The notes beneath the pieces were generated by a model, which worked only from the letters and a program-made list of their open reading frames with translations, did no database searches and was not told the DNA's origin. Below, in pieces: positions 17,509-27,488 of a stretch of DNA of 64,000 nucleotides. How positions within the stretch are numbered: position 1 is the first letter of the stretch; every line of letters begins with the position of its first letter. Made by a program: the position numbers and the translations under genes. This DNA comes from a plasmid, in the sequence record NZ_CP014126.2. One strand, 5' to 3'.

Positions 17509-18189
17509 TTAATCCTTATCTGCCGGTGAGGCCTCGATAAGCTCACTACCCTGGTGATGAATATTGCCAACTTTTTTGCTGACAGGATGCCAGGTAAATG
17601 CTTTTTCCGGAACGGCTGCATCGCGGGCAATTTCTTCTGCACGCGCTGGAGACGTTTCGTCACTGAGCCATTCACGAACAGCATCAGGCGTAATCACCAG
17701 CGGCCGCCTGTCATGTATATCGACCATGCCCTGATTGCTGGCTGACGTGACAATCACGAAGCCCTCTTTGCCGTGATCCTGCCCGTACGGCTGCCTGCCG
17801 ATGGCGGCGAAGAAAAGTGGCTCCTTTTTTTTGTGAAAGATGAAGAATGGCTGCTTCTCACCACCTTCTTTCTGCCATTCGAACCAGCCGTCAGCAGGCA
17901 CGATAGCGCGGCCATGATTCCAGAGAGGCTTAAACATGCGGCCGCTCGCAGCCGTCTCACCGCGCGCGTTGATAAGTGGCTGCTTATCCCACCATTCCGG
18001 TCCGTAGCCCCAATATACCGGATCGAGGCGCAACGAATCTTCCTGTTCGTGTAGCAGTAACACTTTAGTGCCTGGTGCTACGTTAAAGCGCCCGAGAGGT
18101 TCCGGATCGAATGTGATTTCGTCCGGTGTCAGGCCGAGTGAGTCAAAATAATCGTCGCGGCTGCTGTACTGCGCAAATCTTCCACACAT
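17509..18189 (-). CDS. SOS-response-associated peptidase (SRAP / YedK-like, DUF159)
   Basis: N-terminal MCGRF with catalytic Cys2; 226 aa; conserved WNHGRAIVPADGWFEW. It lies between two umuDC operons. Confidence 0.8.
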   Translation of the reverse strand: MCGRFAQYSSRDDYFDSLGLTPDEITFDPEPLGRFNVAPGTKVLLLHEQEDSLRLDPVYWGYGPEWWDKQPLINARGETAASGRMFKPLWNHGRAIVPADGWFEWQKEGGEKQPFFIFHKKKEPLFFAAIGRQPYGQDHGKEGFVIVTSASNQGMVDIHDRRPLVITPDAVREWLSDETSPARAEEIARDAAVPEKAFTWHPVSKKVGNIHHQGSELIEASPADKD

Positions 18190-18314
18190 AGTTACCTCCT
18201 GCTGTTGATGTAAGGATAGCGACGTATACTGATATCAGGAGTATTAAATGCGCCTGTATGACGGACACCCGGTCGTTATCAGGTTCACCTCACAAGGCTG
18301 AAAAGCTGTAAATA

Positions 18315-18707
18315 ATGGAGATATTCATGGCCTTTCAGAGCCCGGCCCAGAACTACACCGAAACGCGCCTGAGTCTGGGCGATCTGGTGCATCTTTCCCC
18401 TTACTCTACCTATCTGATGCGCAGCGAAAGCGACTGTCCAGATGCTGGTATTATTAAAGGGTCCGTGCTGGCAATCGATCGCGCGCTGACACCGGCACAC
18501 GGTCAGTTAATCGTTGCCGAGCTCGAGGGAGAACTGACGCTGAGGCGGCTGCTGCTTAATCCGGTTCCTGCCCTGCAGGCGCTGGACGCGGACGAAACTG
18601 TTACGCTGCTTGATGTAAGCCATGTGCTGCCAGTGTGGGGTGTGGTTGCCTATGCCCTCACCGATGTAGCCGGAGTGGGATTTAACGGACTGGCAGGAGA
18701 TGAGTAA
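18315..18707 (+). CDS. UmuD'-like protein: begins at the post-cleavage position and has a degenerate Ser/Lys dyad
   Basis: It aligns with UmuD from GFPSPAADYV onward (AFQSPAQNYTE...). The ~24-residue arm and Cys-Gly cleavage site are absent; an in-frame TAA lies 2 codons upstream. Catalytic GDSM becomes SDCP (Ser->Cys) and VKKL becomes LRRL (Lys->Arg). Confidence 0.7.
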   Translation: MEIFMAFQSPAQNYTETRLSLGDLVHLSPYSTYLMRSESDCPDAGIIKGSVLAIDRALTPAHGQLIVAELEGELTLRRLLLNPVPALQALDADETVTLLDVSHVLPVWGVVAYALTDVAGVGFNGLAGDE

Positions 18708-19969
18708 TGTTTGCGCTGGCCGATGCCAACAATTTTTACGCCTCATGCGAAACCGTATTCAGGCCCGATCTGCGTGGTAAACCGATTGTCGTCGTGTCGA
18801 ACAACGACGGATGCGTTATCGCACGATCGGCCGAGGCAAAGCGTTTAGGGGTTAAAATGGCCGCCCCGCTGTTCCAGAATGAGCGTTATTTCAGGCAGAA
18901 CGGTGTGCACGTGTTCAGCTCAAACTACGAGCTATACGGCGACATATCTGCACGCATGATGGCCATACTGGGCGAGATGGCCGCGGGACAGGAAGTCTAT
19001 TCCATCGATGAGTCATTTCTGGACGTTACCGGGATTGATAACCTTATCCCGCTTGAGGCATTCGGGCAGCAGATGCGCGAGCGTATCCGGAAGGAAACCG
19101 GGCTGATAATCGGCGTGGGGTTCGGGCCGACCAAAACCCTGGCCAAACTTGCTAACCATGCATCTAAAAAGTGGACGCAGACGAATGGCGTCGTAGATCT
19201 GTCAGACAGAAGCCGACAACGAAAACTCCTTCATCTGACTGATGTCAGTGATATCTGGGGCATTGGCCGGCGGATCAGCCTGCGCATGAACCAGCTGGGA
19301 ATCACCACGGCACTGCAGCTCGCTGACAGCAATGTCAGCATGATACGTAAGAACTTCGACGTTATCGTCGAGCGCACCGCGCGTGAACTCAATGGTGAGT
19401 CTTGCCTGGCACTTGAAGACGCACCTCCGCCTAAGCAGCAGATAGTGAACTCACGTTCTTTTGGCCAGCGCGTTACACAGTTAGAAGATATGCAGCAGGC
19501 GCTCGTGCTTTATGCCACGCGTGCTGCGGAAAAGCTCAGGCAGCAGAATTCACGCTGCCGCCATATAAGCGTCTCGATCGCCACCGGTCGCCACGGTGAT
19601 GAACCGCAGTATTCAAATACGGCCTCACGCATATGCGATTATCCGACGAACGACACGCGGGACATTATTGAATCAGCACTTCGAGGCCTCAGCACTATCT
19701 GGCAGGAGGGTTACCGGTATGCGAAAGCCGGCGTAATGCTGGGTGATTTTTACCAGTCAGGCGTGGCACAGTTCGACATGTTCAGTGAGCAGCAGCCGCG
19801 TGCAAATGCAGATGCATTAATGGCAGCGCTGGACGGCATCAATCGCGCAGGCAAAGGAAAGGTCTGGTTCGCGGGTCAGGGAAATCGCGACAGTTCATGG
19901 CAGATGAAGCGTGAAATGCTGTCGCCGCGCTATACCACGCGCATAAAAGATATTCCGCGAATTAAATAA
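18707..19969 (+). CDS. umuC: UmuC, Y-family DNA polymerase V catalytic subunit (intact, 420 aa)
   Basis: MFALADANNFYASCETVFRPDLRGKPIVVVSNNDGCVIARS...SIDESFLDVTG...full length. Start overlaps the upstream stop (TAATG). Confidence 0.9.
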   Translation: MFALADANNFYASCETVFRPDLRGKPIVVVSNNDGCVIARSAEAKRLGVKMAAPLFQNERYFRQNGVHVFSSNYELYGDISARMMAILGEMAAGQEVYSIDESFLDVTGIDNLIPLEAFGQQMRERIRKETGLIIGVGFGPTKTLAKLANHASKKWTQTNGVVDLSDRSRQRKLLHLTDVSDIWGIGRRISLRMNQLGITTALQLADSNVSMIRKNFDVIVERTARELNGESCLALEDAPPPKQQIVNSRSFGQRVTQLEDMQQALVLYATRAAEKLRQQNSRCRHISVSIATGRHGDEPQYSNTASRICDYPTNDTRDIIESALRGLSTIWQEGYRYAKAGVMLGDFYQSGVAQFDMFSEQQPRANADALMAALDGINRAGKGKVWFAGQGNRDSSWQMKREMLSPRYTTRIKDIPRIK

Positions 19970-20043
19970 CTTTAAGTTATAAAGCTAGGTGAATCTGTTC
20001 ATGCAATTCACTTCACCCTAGCGCTATTTTATGAATAATGCTG

Positions 20044-20838
20044 TTAAGGTTGATTGTTTTTCATTTTTGTAGTTGTCATTAATATTTCTTCTATTTTATC
20101 TATGGAAGTAAAGTCTACAAGGCTCACTTGATTGATATGCGCATCAAGCTCTTTCGAATTAAAGAGGCCTCGAAGATGTTTTAACCAATCGTCAGCAAGA
20201 GATCTTTCTTGTTGGCTGAATAGATTAAATAGTTCTGTCGCTTTAATTGATCTCTCGTCGATGTCTCCATCATTATCATAAAACACACTATAATCGTTGA
20301 TGAATCTATTTGTTCTAAGTGCCAGCGCTAATATTTTAAGATTTTGAGCACTAATTGATGCTTTAAGATCATAGCTTTTACTTTGCAGATCAGTTATCTC
20401 AGTTGCAAGGGCCTTTTTTTCGGCTTCCAAGGTTTCAATTTTAGCATCAATTTCTTTTTTCTTGTTTTCTCTAATTTTTTTTGCGATCTCCTCTCTATCT
20501 ATAGCCTTTTCGTCAGCATAATGAATTTTCGCTTTGAAGTATGCAGTAAAATTGGAAATCAAAGCATTAAGTCCAGGCATAGTGATTGAAAGAGCGATGC
20601 CAGTCAAGACAGGAAGAACAAGGTAGTTATAATATAAGTTATCTTGACCATATATTGCAGTTATTCTTTTTTCAACAGGTGCTTTTGACATGAATAAAAA
20701 AATAATATTTGACCAGTTATAAGCGAGCCAGGATGTTGTTATATAAGCCGCACAAGGACCAGCAAACCGCCCAGCTAATCCTTTAAAGAACTCCGCGCTT
20801 CCTTCTTTTACGCCGTCAGTTTCTTCACTCATTATCAA
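20044..20838 (-). CDS. hypothetical membrane-anchored coiled-coil protein, AT-rich orphan
   Basis: 264 aa. Two to three N-terminal transmembrane segments, a central Lys/Glu-rich heptad region (EEIAKKIRENKKKEIDAKIETLEAEKKALATEITDLQSK) and an acidic C-terminus. The ~35% GC region is flanked by ~60% GC DNA. Confidence 0.4.
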   Translation of the reverse strand: MIMSEETDGVKEGSAEFFKGLAGRFAGPCAAYITTSWLAYNWSNIIFLFMSKAPVEKRITAIYGQDNLYYNYLVLPVLTGIALSITMPGLNALISNFTAYFKAKIHYADEKAIDREEIAKKIRENKKKEIDAKIETLEAEKKALATEITDLQSKSYDLKASISAQNLKILALALRTNRFINDYSVFYDNDGDIDERSIKATELFNLFSQQERSLADDWLKHLRGLFNSKELDAHINQVSLVDFTSIDKIEEILMTTTKMKNNQP

Positions 20839-21443
20839 TGCCTATTCTAAAATTCAGTAGGAAAACTCTTCCCGGTTTATAAAATCTTATCGCTTAATAA
20901 ATTAACTTTGTCCCCGCAACTAGGAACATCGTGATACCCACACTTCACGTAGTTGAATCAGTGGTCAGTGTCAGTAGGTTCGCATTACAAGGTATAGAAC
21001 CAACTACCATAACCGCTAAACAGCTGAATCAGACAGTACCTAAAATAATAACAACGGATGTCATTTTTTAACAGCTTCTTGCCATCTCATGAGTAACAGT
21101 GCTGCTGCTCTTTCGAGCATAGATTTACAAACTAGATATGCACATGTGTTCTGGGCAAGAAGACATAAGGAAGTCGCTTCGCTCTGCTTCTTTTGCCGCT
21201 CCCCGTCCTGCGGCCGGAAACCGGCAGAGGTAAAGTGCCGTGCCCTTACTGTAGCCGGGCGGCTTCCCAAACAAGCGAAGCTGTCGCCGGCCTTCTCACC
21301 CGTTCCCCGCCGTGCGCGGGACATTCAGTCCGCTCCGGCGGCGCGTGCGGCTTCGCGTCCGCCCTTGTTTGCTCAGCTGTTCGCCCGTCTGCGTGTTGGT
21401 CACGGCACCATAGGGGTGCCCCCTGACATTAAGGAGCATAACT

Positions 21444-22088
21444 ATGTCCCGATTCATGCGTGGCGACAGCGTACAGATCATGGCCGGCTTTCCGGATAAC
21501 AGCATCGACTTCATTCTGACCGATCCCCCGTACCTCGTCGGCTTTAAGGACCGGTCCGGCCGTTCGATCGCGGGCGACGTGAGCGACGAGTGGGTACTGC
21601 CGGCCAGCCGTGAAATGTTCCGCGTGCTCAAAAACAACAGCCTGGCGGTAAGCTTCTACGGCTGGAACCGCGTGGACGTCTTTATGCAGGCGTGGAAATC
21701 CGCGGGCTTCCGCGTCGTCGGGCACCTCGTCTTCACCAAAACCTACGCTTCGAAATCGGCGTTTGTCGGGTATCAGCATGAAAGCGCCTACCTGCTGGCC
21801 AAAGGGCGCCCGCCGCTGCCTGCAAAGCCCTTACCTGACGTGATGCCCTGGAAGTACACGGGCAACCGGCACCATCCGACCGAAAAGCCGGTGAGCGTAT
21901 TGCAGCCGCTTATCGAAACCTTCACGAAGCCCGGGGATTTAATTCTGGACCCGTTTGCCGGTTCAGGTTCGACCTGCGTCGCCGCGGACCAGTGCGGCCG
22001 CCGCTGGATAGGGATCGAACTACTTGAGGAGTACCACGCCGCCGGCCTGCGCCGCCTGGGTGAACTGCGCGCCGCCCGTGCCGCATAA
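21444..22088 (+). CDS. orphan DNA methyltransferase (beta-class N6A/N4C, DPPY motif)
   Basis: Motif IV ILTDPPYL precedes motif I DPFAGSGST (circularly permuted beta-class order). 214 aa; typical of leading-region methylases. Confidence 0.75.
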   Translation: MSRFMRGDSVQIMAGFPDNSIDFILTDPPYLVGFKDRSGRSIAGDVSDEWVLPASREMFRVLKNNSLAVSFYGWNRVDVFMQAWKSAGFRVVGHLVFTKTYASKSAFVGYQHESAYLLAKGRPPLPAKPLPDVMPWKYTGNRHHPTEKPVSVLQPLIETFTKPGDLILDPFAGSGSTCVAADQCGRRWIGIELLEEYHAAGLRRLGELRAARAA

Positions 22089-22123
22089 CGCATATTCTCT
22101 GACCACGCCATAAGGACAGCACC

Positions 22124-22354
22124 ATGACAGACCAGACACTGACGACCGAAATCACGCAGCTTACCGACGACATTAACGACCTGGAGGAATCGCTTTACGA
22201 GTTTCACCTTCGATTGCGGAACATGACAAAGCGGCATCTTTACCGCGGCGCGGCGCCGGCGCAGAAAATGGCCGGGATGCTGATCGAGCAGATAGATACA
22301 GAACTGGTGGCGCTGTACCGGCGGGCTGCCGAAATGCGCAATCACCTGAAGTAA
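22124..22354 (+). CDS. hypothetical small protein
   Basis: 76-aa ORF with its own RBS-like spacing after the methylase gene; acidic N-terminus, basic C-terminus. Confidence 0.35.
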   Translation: MTDQTLTTEITQLTDDINDLEESLYEFHLRLRNMTKRHLYRGAAPAQKMAGMLIEQIDTELVALYRRAAEMRNHLK

Positions 22355-22804
22355 CGGGCAGGCGGTCATTTTATGACCGCCTGCTGTCTGTGCGCTGATT
22401 CAGCCGCCGCTGCGCTTTTGTCCACAGGGTTATAGCCAGGCTATGCACCCGGATTGTGGACAAATGGACATAAGGAAGTTGCTGCGCGCCGCTTTATTCC
22501 GCCATTCGGCGGGACAGGGCAGAAAACCCGGTCCGTGCGTGCTGCGGCCGGTGCCGTGACTTCACTGTAGCCCGATCGCCTTGTGGTCAAGCGCGCCTCC
22601 TTCGCCCGTTCGCACTCCCTCCACCGCACTTACTTCCGTCGCGCTTCCGCTCAGTCTTCGCGTCAGCGCCGTGCGTAAGCACGTCTCCGCTCGCTTGCGC
22701 TGCGGCCTCCTCGTCACGCTTGACCACTGCGTCTCTCCGTCGGGCTGTCATTCAGTCACGGCACAGGCCGGAACTGAGACAACTTTGACTGCGGAGGATT
22801 TCTT

Positions 22805-23305
22805 ATGACATTTAGCGGACCAGCGGTATACGTCGGGACTTACCATAAATATAACTGCGGCAGTATTTTCGGGAAGTGGTTTGATCTTACTGACTTTGAG
22901 GAAAAAACCGAGTTTCACAACGCGTGTCGCGAGCTCCATGCCTCTGAAGAAGATCCTGAATTTATGTTTCAGGACTGGGAGGGCATTCCGTCTAAATTCG
23001 TGTCTGAATCCTTTATCGACTGGGATTTCATCGCGGCGTGGAAGCAGGCGAAAGAAGAGGGCAGGGAAGACGCCTTTGTTGCATGGGCGGATTATTCCGG
23101 CGGGTGCGATTTCGACGCATTTGATGATGCGTACAGGGGGAAGGCGGAAAGTGAGGAAGATTATGCGTATGAGCATATTGAAGACTGCGGCCTGCTGAAT
23201 GACGTTCCGGAGCCGCTGCGCTCTTATTTCGACTATGAAGCCTATGCCCGTGACCTGTTCAGCAGCGGATATGTGCTGCACGACGGCTTTGTATTCAGCA
23301 ACTGA
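22805..23305 (+). CDS. ardA: ArdA anti-restriction protein (DNA mimic)
   Basis: MTFSGPAVYVGTYHKYNCGSIFGKWFDLTDFEE...PEFMFQDWEGIP is the ArdA N-terminal signature; strongly acidic overall. Confidence 0.85.
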   Translation: MTFSGPAVYVGTYHKYNCGSIFGKWFDLTDFEEKTEFHNACRELHASEEDPEFMFQDWEGIPSKFVSESFIDWDFIAAWKQAKEEGREDAFVAWADYSGGCDFDAFDDAYRGKAESEEDYAYEHIEDCGLLNDVPEPLRSYFDYEAYARDLFSSGYVLHDGFVFSN

Positions 23306-23532
23306 TGATGCCGGCAGGGGAAGCCCTGCCGAAAAGGAAAAAAATGAAACTGTCACCGCAAACCCGCAACATCCTGCGTCAGTATAAAACCCTTGTGAAT
23401 GCGCAGCGTCGATCCAACGACCTGAGAGAGCTGAGGACGGAGGAGCTCATTGATGAAATCTGTTATTTCATGACCTGTCAGAGTGCCGTTTACATCGGCG
23501 GTCACTTTATTAAGCAAGGCGGGAAAGGGTAA
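23305..23532 (+). CDS. hypothetical protein downstream of ardA
   Basis: 75-aa ORF overlapping the ardA stop; basic. Confidence 0.3.
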   Translation: MMPAGEALPKRKKMKLSPQTRNILRQYKTLVNAQRRSNDLRELRTEELIDEICYFMTCQSAVYIGGHFIKQGGKG

Positions 23533-23661
23533 TCAGCACAGTGAGGCGGTTCCGGCCGCCTTTTAGCCCGCGAAAACCGCGCCTGCGGCGGCAGAAAGAA
23601 AAGAGGCGCGCCTGACGGCGCGACTCCCGTCTTTCGGCCTGTAAGGGCAGCGAGATTTATA

Positions 23662-24003
23662 TCATGGAAAGTAGAACCACGCAGTGGATATAAGGTCATT
23701 TGTAATTTCGAAAACGGCAATGCTTTCGAGGGGGGCGGGTGACAGGCCATGGATGAATTCGTGATCAAACACTTTGTTACCCAGCACAGTCCTGGAAATG
23801 AGTTCTGCCCTGAGTTCCGGATTATTAAAACGATTACTTATGTAAAACTCACGCAGCGCTGATTTGCCGATTGTTGAGGGCGTTTCAGCGGGCATACGAT
23901 AGCCTCTGAAATCCTCAGAAAAGCAATTAATAAAGGCATTAATATCGTGTTTATTGTAAGCCTCAAACTGAGCGGCGACGGGACGTGTTACTGACATGTT
24001 CAA
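23662..24003 (-). CDS. SnoaL/NTF2-like small protein
   Basis: 113 aa. FEAYNKHDINAFINCFSEDF...G..E.R.FY pattern typical of NTF2-like (DUF4440/SnoaL) folds. Confidence 0.4.
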   Translation of the reverse strand: MNMSVTRPVAAQFEAYNKHDINAFINCFSEDFRGYRMPAETPSTIGKSALREFYISNRFNNPELRAELISRTVLGNKVFDHEFIHGLSPAPLESIAVFEITNDLISTAWFYFP

Positions 24004-24668
24004 CCCTCTGATTTTGTTTATTTATGCTACTTATTAGCATAAATATTCATTCATTTGAAGGTTTCTGAAATCCTTTCTTCGATGTATCGCCGATTAATCA
24101 TAAAAAGCCCGTTATCCCGGGCGTCCTGTCGGCTGTCATGCTTCGCACAGAGCCGGCAGGCCGTCTCTGCCCGGCCCCGTTCCGGGGCAGCGGGTTTCCA
24201 TCCTGACGCAACACCTTCCGCTCACAGCAGCCGTTCCGGCTGCGCCGCTCAGTCACGCCGTAAACGGCGCTCCATGCATCCCGCCACCACACACGGCGGG
24301 ATGTAAGGGGCAACGCTGTTTCGCGCCCGCGCGTCACACCGTTGCGGCGGGTTCCTGCTTTCCTCATGGGTTGTTTCGCCCGTCTGAGTCCTTTCGCCGG
24401 GGCTGAGACAAGCACAAACCGCCTGGCTGTCCAGGGACGGCTGAAGCCTCTCGCCGGAAAATTTTTTATGTAGCCAAAAATTTTTCCGCTCGCTCCCGGA
24501 CACCTGCGCCGGCCCGTGCTCGTTGCGCCCTTTGCGGCGAACGGCTCTCAAACGGGTGAAGGTTACAACCAGGGGAGCAAGCAGCAGTTCCCCGCAAAAC
24601 GTCAAGACCGCGGCCCCGGCAACTCAACGGGTGATGGTTTTAAGGGCAAACACAATCAGGAGATTTCA

Positions 24669-24902
24669 GTGGAACAGTCAGCAGTGGTGCGCTTACCGGA
24701 GGATACCTTTACGCGTGAGGAAGCGAACGCGGTCGCAGCGCAGTACACCAACGTCGCCATTGAGGACGATCAGGGTACGCACTTTCGCCTGGTCGTACGC
24801 AAGGACGGCGATTTGGTCTGGAGAGCATGGAATTTTGAATCAAACGCGGGTTACTGGCTGAACCGTTATATCGGTGATTACGGTATTCGCAAAGCGCAGT
24901 AA
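24669..24902 (+). CDS. hypothetical small protein
   Basis: GTG at 24669 lies 6 nt after AGGAG. The longer track ORFs 24516-24902 and 24523-24861 overlap in two frames and are probably over-extensions. Confidence 0.35.
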   Translation: MEQSAVVRLPEDTFTREEANAVAAQYTNVAIEDDQGTHFRLVVRKDGDLVWRAWNFESNAGYWLNRYIGDYGIRKAQ

Positions 24903-24975
24903 GCAGTTAAAAGGTGCCCTGCGGAGCAGCAACTCTGCAGGGCGAGACAGTCATTAATCTAAAGAGGTATCAACG

Positions 24976-27012
24976 ATGTCAGTAGCCAATGTTAAAGCAA
25001 AAGCCCCTAAAAAAACCAGCGTTAAAAAAGTGACCGAAGCCGAGCAGGCGGAGGTCAAAGCGGCGCTTGAAGCCGCGCCGGTTGAACACGCGCCCCTGTC
25101 AGTGTTTGTCATGTCATTACTGAATGCCCGGACCATCCCATACTCCACTGAAAGCGTTGAGAGCATGGCGGCAACCATTAAGTCGGTCGGCCTGTTGCAG
25201 AATCTGGTTGCCCACGAACTGCCGGACGGTGAACTGGCGGTGGCTGCAGGTGGCAAACGCCTTACTGCCCTGAATTTGCTGCTCTCACAGCAGTTTCTGA
25301 CTCCTGATTATCAGGTACCTTTCAAGCGCGTCTCCCCGGAAATGGCCGCGCTGGTTTCCTACATCGAGAATGCGCAGCGCAGCGATATGCATGCGGCAGA
25401 ACAAATTGCCAGCTTCGGTACCCTGGCTTATCAGGGAAAAACCCCCGAGCAGATTGGTGCAGAGCTGGGCTACAGCACCCGTCACGTTCAGCGCATGCTG
25501 AAACTTGCAAACCTCGCGCCGTCACTGCTTAAGCTGCTGGCAGACGATCAGCTGACAGTTGAGCAGTGCCAGGCGCTCTGCCTCGAAGATGATCAGGCCC
25601 GTCAGGTGCGTGTTTATGAAGAGGTGAAAGCCTCCTGGCATAACCTGCCCGTCACCATGTTAAGAAAACTCATTACCGATAAAGAAATCTCGATCACTGA
25701 CAAGCGCTTTCTTTTCGTGGGACGTGAGACGTATGAGGCAGCAGGCGGTGTCGTGCGCGAAGACCTGTTCAGCCAGCAGGAAGGTGAGGGAACGGCTGAC
25801 GTGGTTCTGCTGGAAACCCTGACTGTGCAGAAGCTGACTGCTATGGCGCAGGACATTCAGGAAAGTGAAGGATGGGTGTGGAGCCTGGGCCAGCTGAGTT
25901 CGCTTTATCCGCACCGGGATGTGCTGACGTATCAGCTGACTGACGAGCCTGAACCGGTGTACATCGGTGACGAAGAAAGCCGCATCGATGACCTGTACCA
26001 GGTGGCTGACGAATGCGAGCAGAACTCTGACGACGAAGGCTACAGCGCCGCCAGCGATGAAATTGAAATCATCGAAAAAGCTGCACTGGTTCGCGCCTGG
26101 ACCCCGGAAATTCGCGCCAGGTCGGGCGTGGTGGTCGGGTTCGATCAATACGGTGATCTCTGTGTGCAGCGCGGCGTTGTGCGGATTGCCGATCTGAAGG
26201 CTGATGATAGCAGCGAAACAGAGCAGGGCGCACAGTCTGCCGCCCCTGAAGTCAGCCCGATTCGGATGGATAAAAGGCCGGATGCGGCTGAGGGTATCAG
26301 TCTGCCGCTTCTCACCAAAATGTCGTCTGAGCGCACCCTTGCCGTGCAGGCTGCGCTGATGCAGCAGCAGAAAAAGGCTGTTTCCCTGCTGGTCTGGCAG
26401 CTTTGCAATAACGTATTCGCCTCCGGCTCACAGTATGGCAACCCGTTCGGCATCCGCCTGACCGTACCACACTACAGCCTGACGCAGGATGCCCCGTCCG
26501 GCGACAAAGGCCCGGGCTTTACGGTCCTGATGCAGGAAAAAGCCCGTCTTGAATCCCTGCTGCCGCAGGGATGGGATAAAGACTTCACCACATTCTTCGA
26601 TCTGAGCGGTGAAACGCTTATGTCACTGATGGCGTTCTGCGTCGCCAGTTCAGTTGATGGGGTGCAGACGCGTGAATATCAGCGCACCACTGACAGCCGC
26701 CTGGACACACTGGAAAATGCGATAGGCTTCCACATGCGTGACTGGTGGCAACCTACAAAGGCGAACTTCTTCGCTGACCTCAAGCATACACAGATTATCG
26801 ATGCGCTGACTGAGGCCGGATTTACAGGCGCGGCCGCTGACGCGGCGAAAATGAAGAAAGGCGATGCTGCTGAACTGGCAGAGGGAAAAATGCGGGATAC
26901 GCGCTGGGTGCCAGCCTGGATGAAAGCGCCGGAGCCTGAAACGATTGACGCGGCCGGGTCTGCTGAGGCTGGCAGTGACACTGACAACAACGACTCCGCT
27001 CACGCGGCCTGA
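24976..27012 (+). CDS. ParB/Srx-fold nuclease-domain protein of the plasmid leading region (678 aa)
   Basis: The N-terminal ~150 aa carries a ParB-like block (PLSVFVMSLLNARTIPYSTESVESMAATIKSVGLLQNLVAHEL..GELAVAAGGKRLTAL) followed by an HTH-like segment (PEQIGAELGYSTRHVQRMLKL). Long acidic C-terminal tail. Confidence 0.65.
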   Translation: MSVANVKAKAPKKTSVKKVTEAEQAEVKAALEAAPVEHAPLSVFVMSLLNARTIPYSTESVESMAATIKSVGLLQNLVAHELPDGELAVAAGGKRLTALNLLLSQQFLTPDYQVPFKRVSPEMAALVSYIENAQRSDMHAAEQIASFGTLAYQGKTPEQIGAELGYSTRHVQRMLKLANLAPSLLKLLADDQLTVEQCQALCLEDDQARQVRVYEEVKASWHNLPVTMLRKLITDKEISITDKRFLFVGRETYEAAGGVVREDLFSQQEGEGTADVVLLETLTVQKLTAMAQDIQESEGWVWSLGQLSSLYPHRDVLTYQLTDEPEPVYIGDEESRIDDLYQVADECEQNSDDEGYSAASDEIEIIEKAALVRAWTPEIRARSGVVVGFDQYGDLCVQRGVVRIADLKADDSSETEQGAQSAAPEVSPIRMDKRPDAAEGISLPLLTKMSSERTLAVQAALMQQQKKAVSLLVWQLCNNVFASGSQYGNPFGIRLTVPHYSLTQDAPSGDKGPGFTVLMQEKARLESLLPQGWDKDFTTFFDLSGETLMSLMAFCVASSVDGVQTREYQRTTDSRLDTLENAIGFHMRDWWQPTKANFFADLKHTQIIDALTEAGFTGAAADAAKMKKGDAAELAEGKMRDTRWVPAWMKAPEPETIDAAGSAEAGSDTDNNDSAHAA

Positions 27013-27038
27013 TAAGGAGCGCCGCCCTTCGGGGCGGC

Positions 27039-27488
27039 ATGGAGACAAACATGAAAAATAACAATGCTCTGAATCTGACCGTGCTGACCGGAATGCACCC
27101 CTGCGAATTTGAGGAGTGGCGCGAAAGAGGCGAGAACGATCGCCATATTCTGACCAGCGCTGTCGCGCAGCTGCTGCACGTGCCAGCGGGCTGGAATGTC
27201 AACGGGGAATACCGTGGCGAATTTGGCGGATTCTTTCCGGTTCAGCTGCGCTACACGCCGCCCGGAGAGGCGTTCAGTCTCTGCGTATGCAGTCCGGGAG
27301 ACGTGTCCGGGGAGTGGCTGATTGTACTCGTGTCAGCTGACGGTAACTGCGTGCGCGAGGTACTTAGGCTGACGCCGTTCGACCCGCAGCGTATCAGCGA
27401 CCTGATCGCCGCAGCGGCGCAGGCATCACTGCTGGAACACTGCGCAGCCGGCATGGCGGAATATCTGGCAGAAGGAGAGTTCGCATGA
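27039..27488 (+). CDS. psiB: PsiB, plasmid SOS-inhibition protein B
   Basis: [44 protein letters not shown] matches F PsiB ([44 protein letters not shown]). Confidence 0.85.
   Translation: [149 protein letters not shown]

Noticed and set aside
18248-18301. 18-codon ORF MRLYDGHPVVIRFTSQG upstream of the UmuD'-like gene as a possible displaced N-terminal arm
   Set aside because: Joining it to the main frame would need two frame changes across stops in both frames, and the similarity to the UmuD arm is weak. Kept only as a comment.
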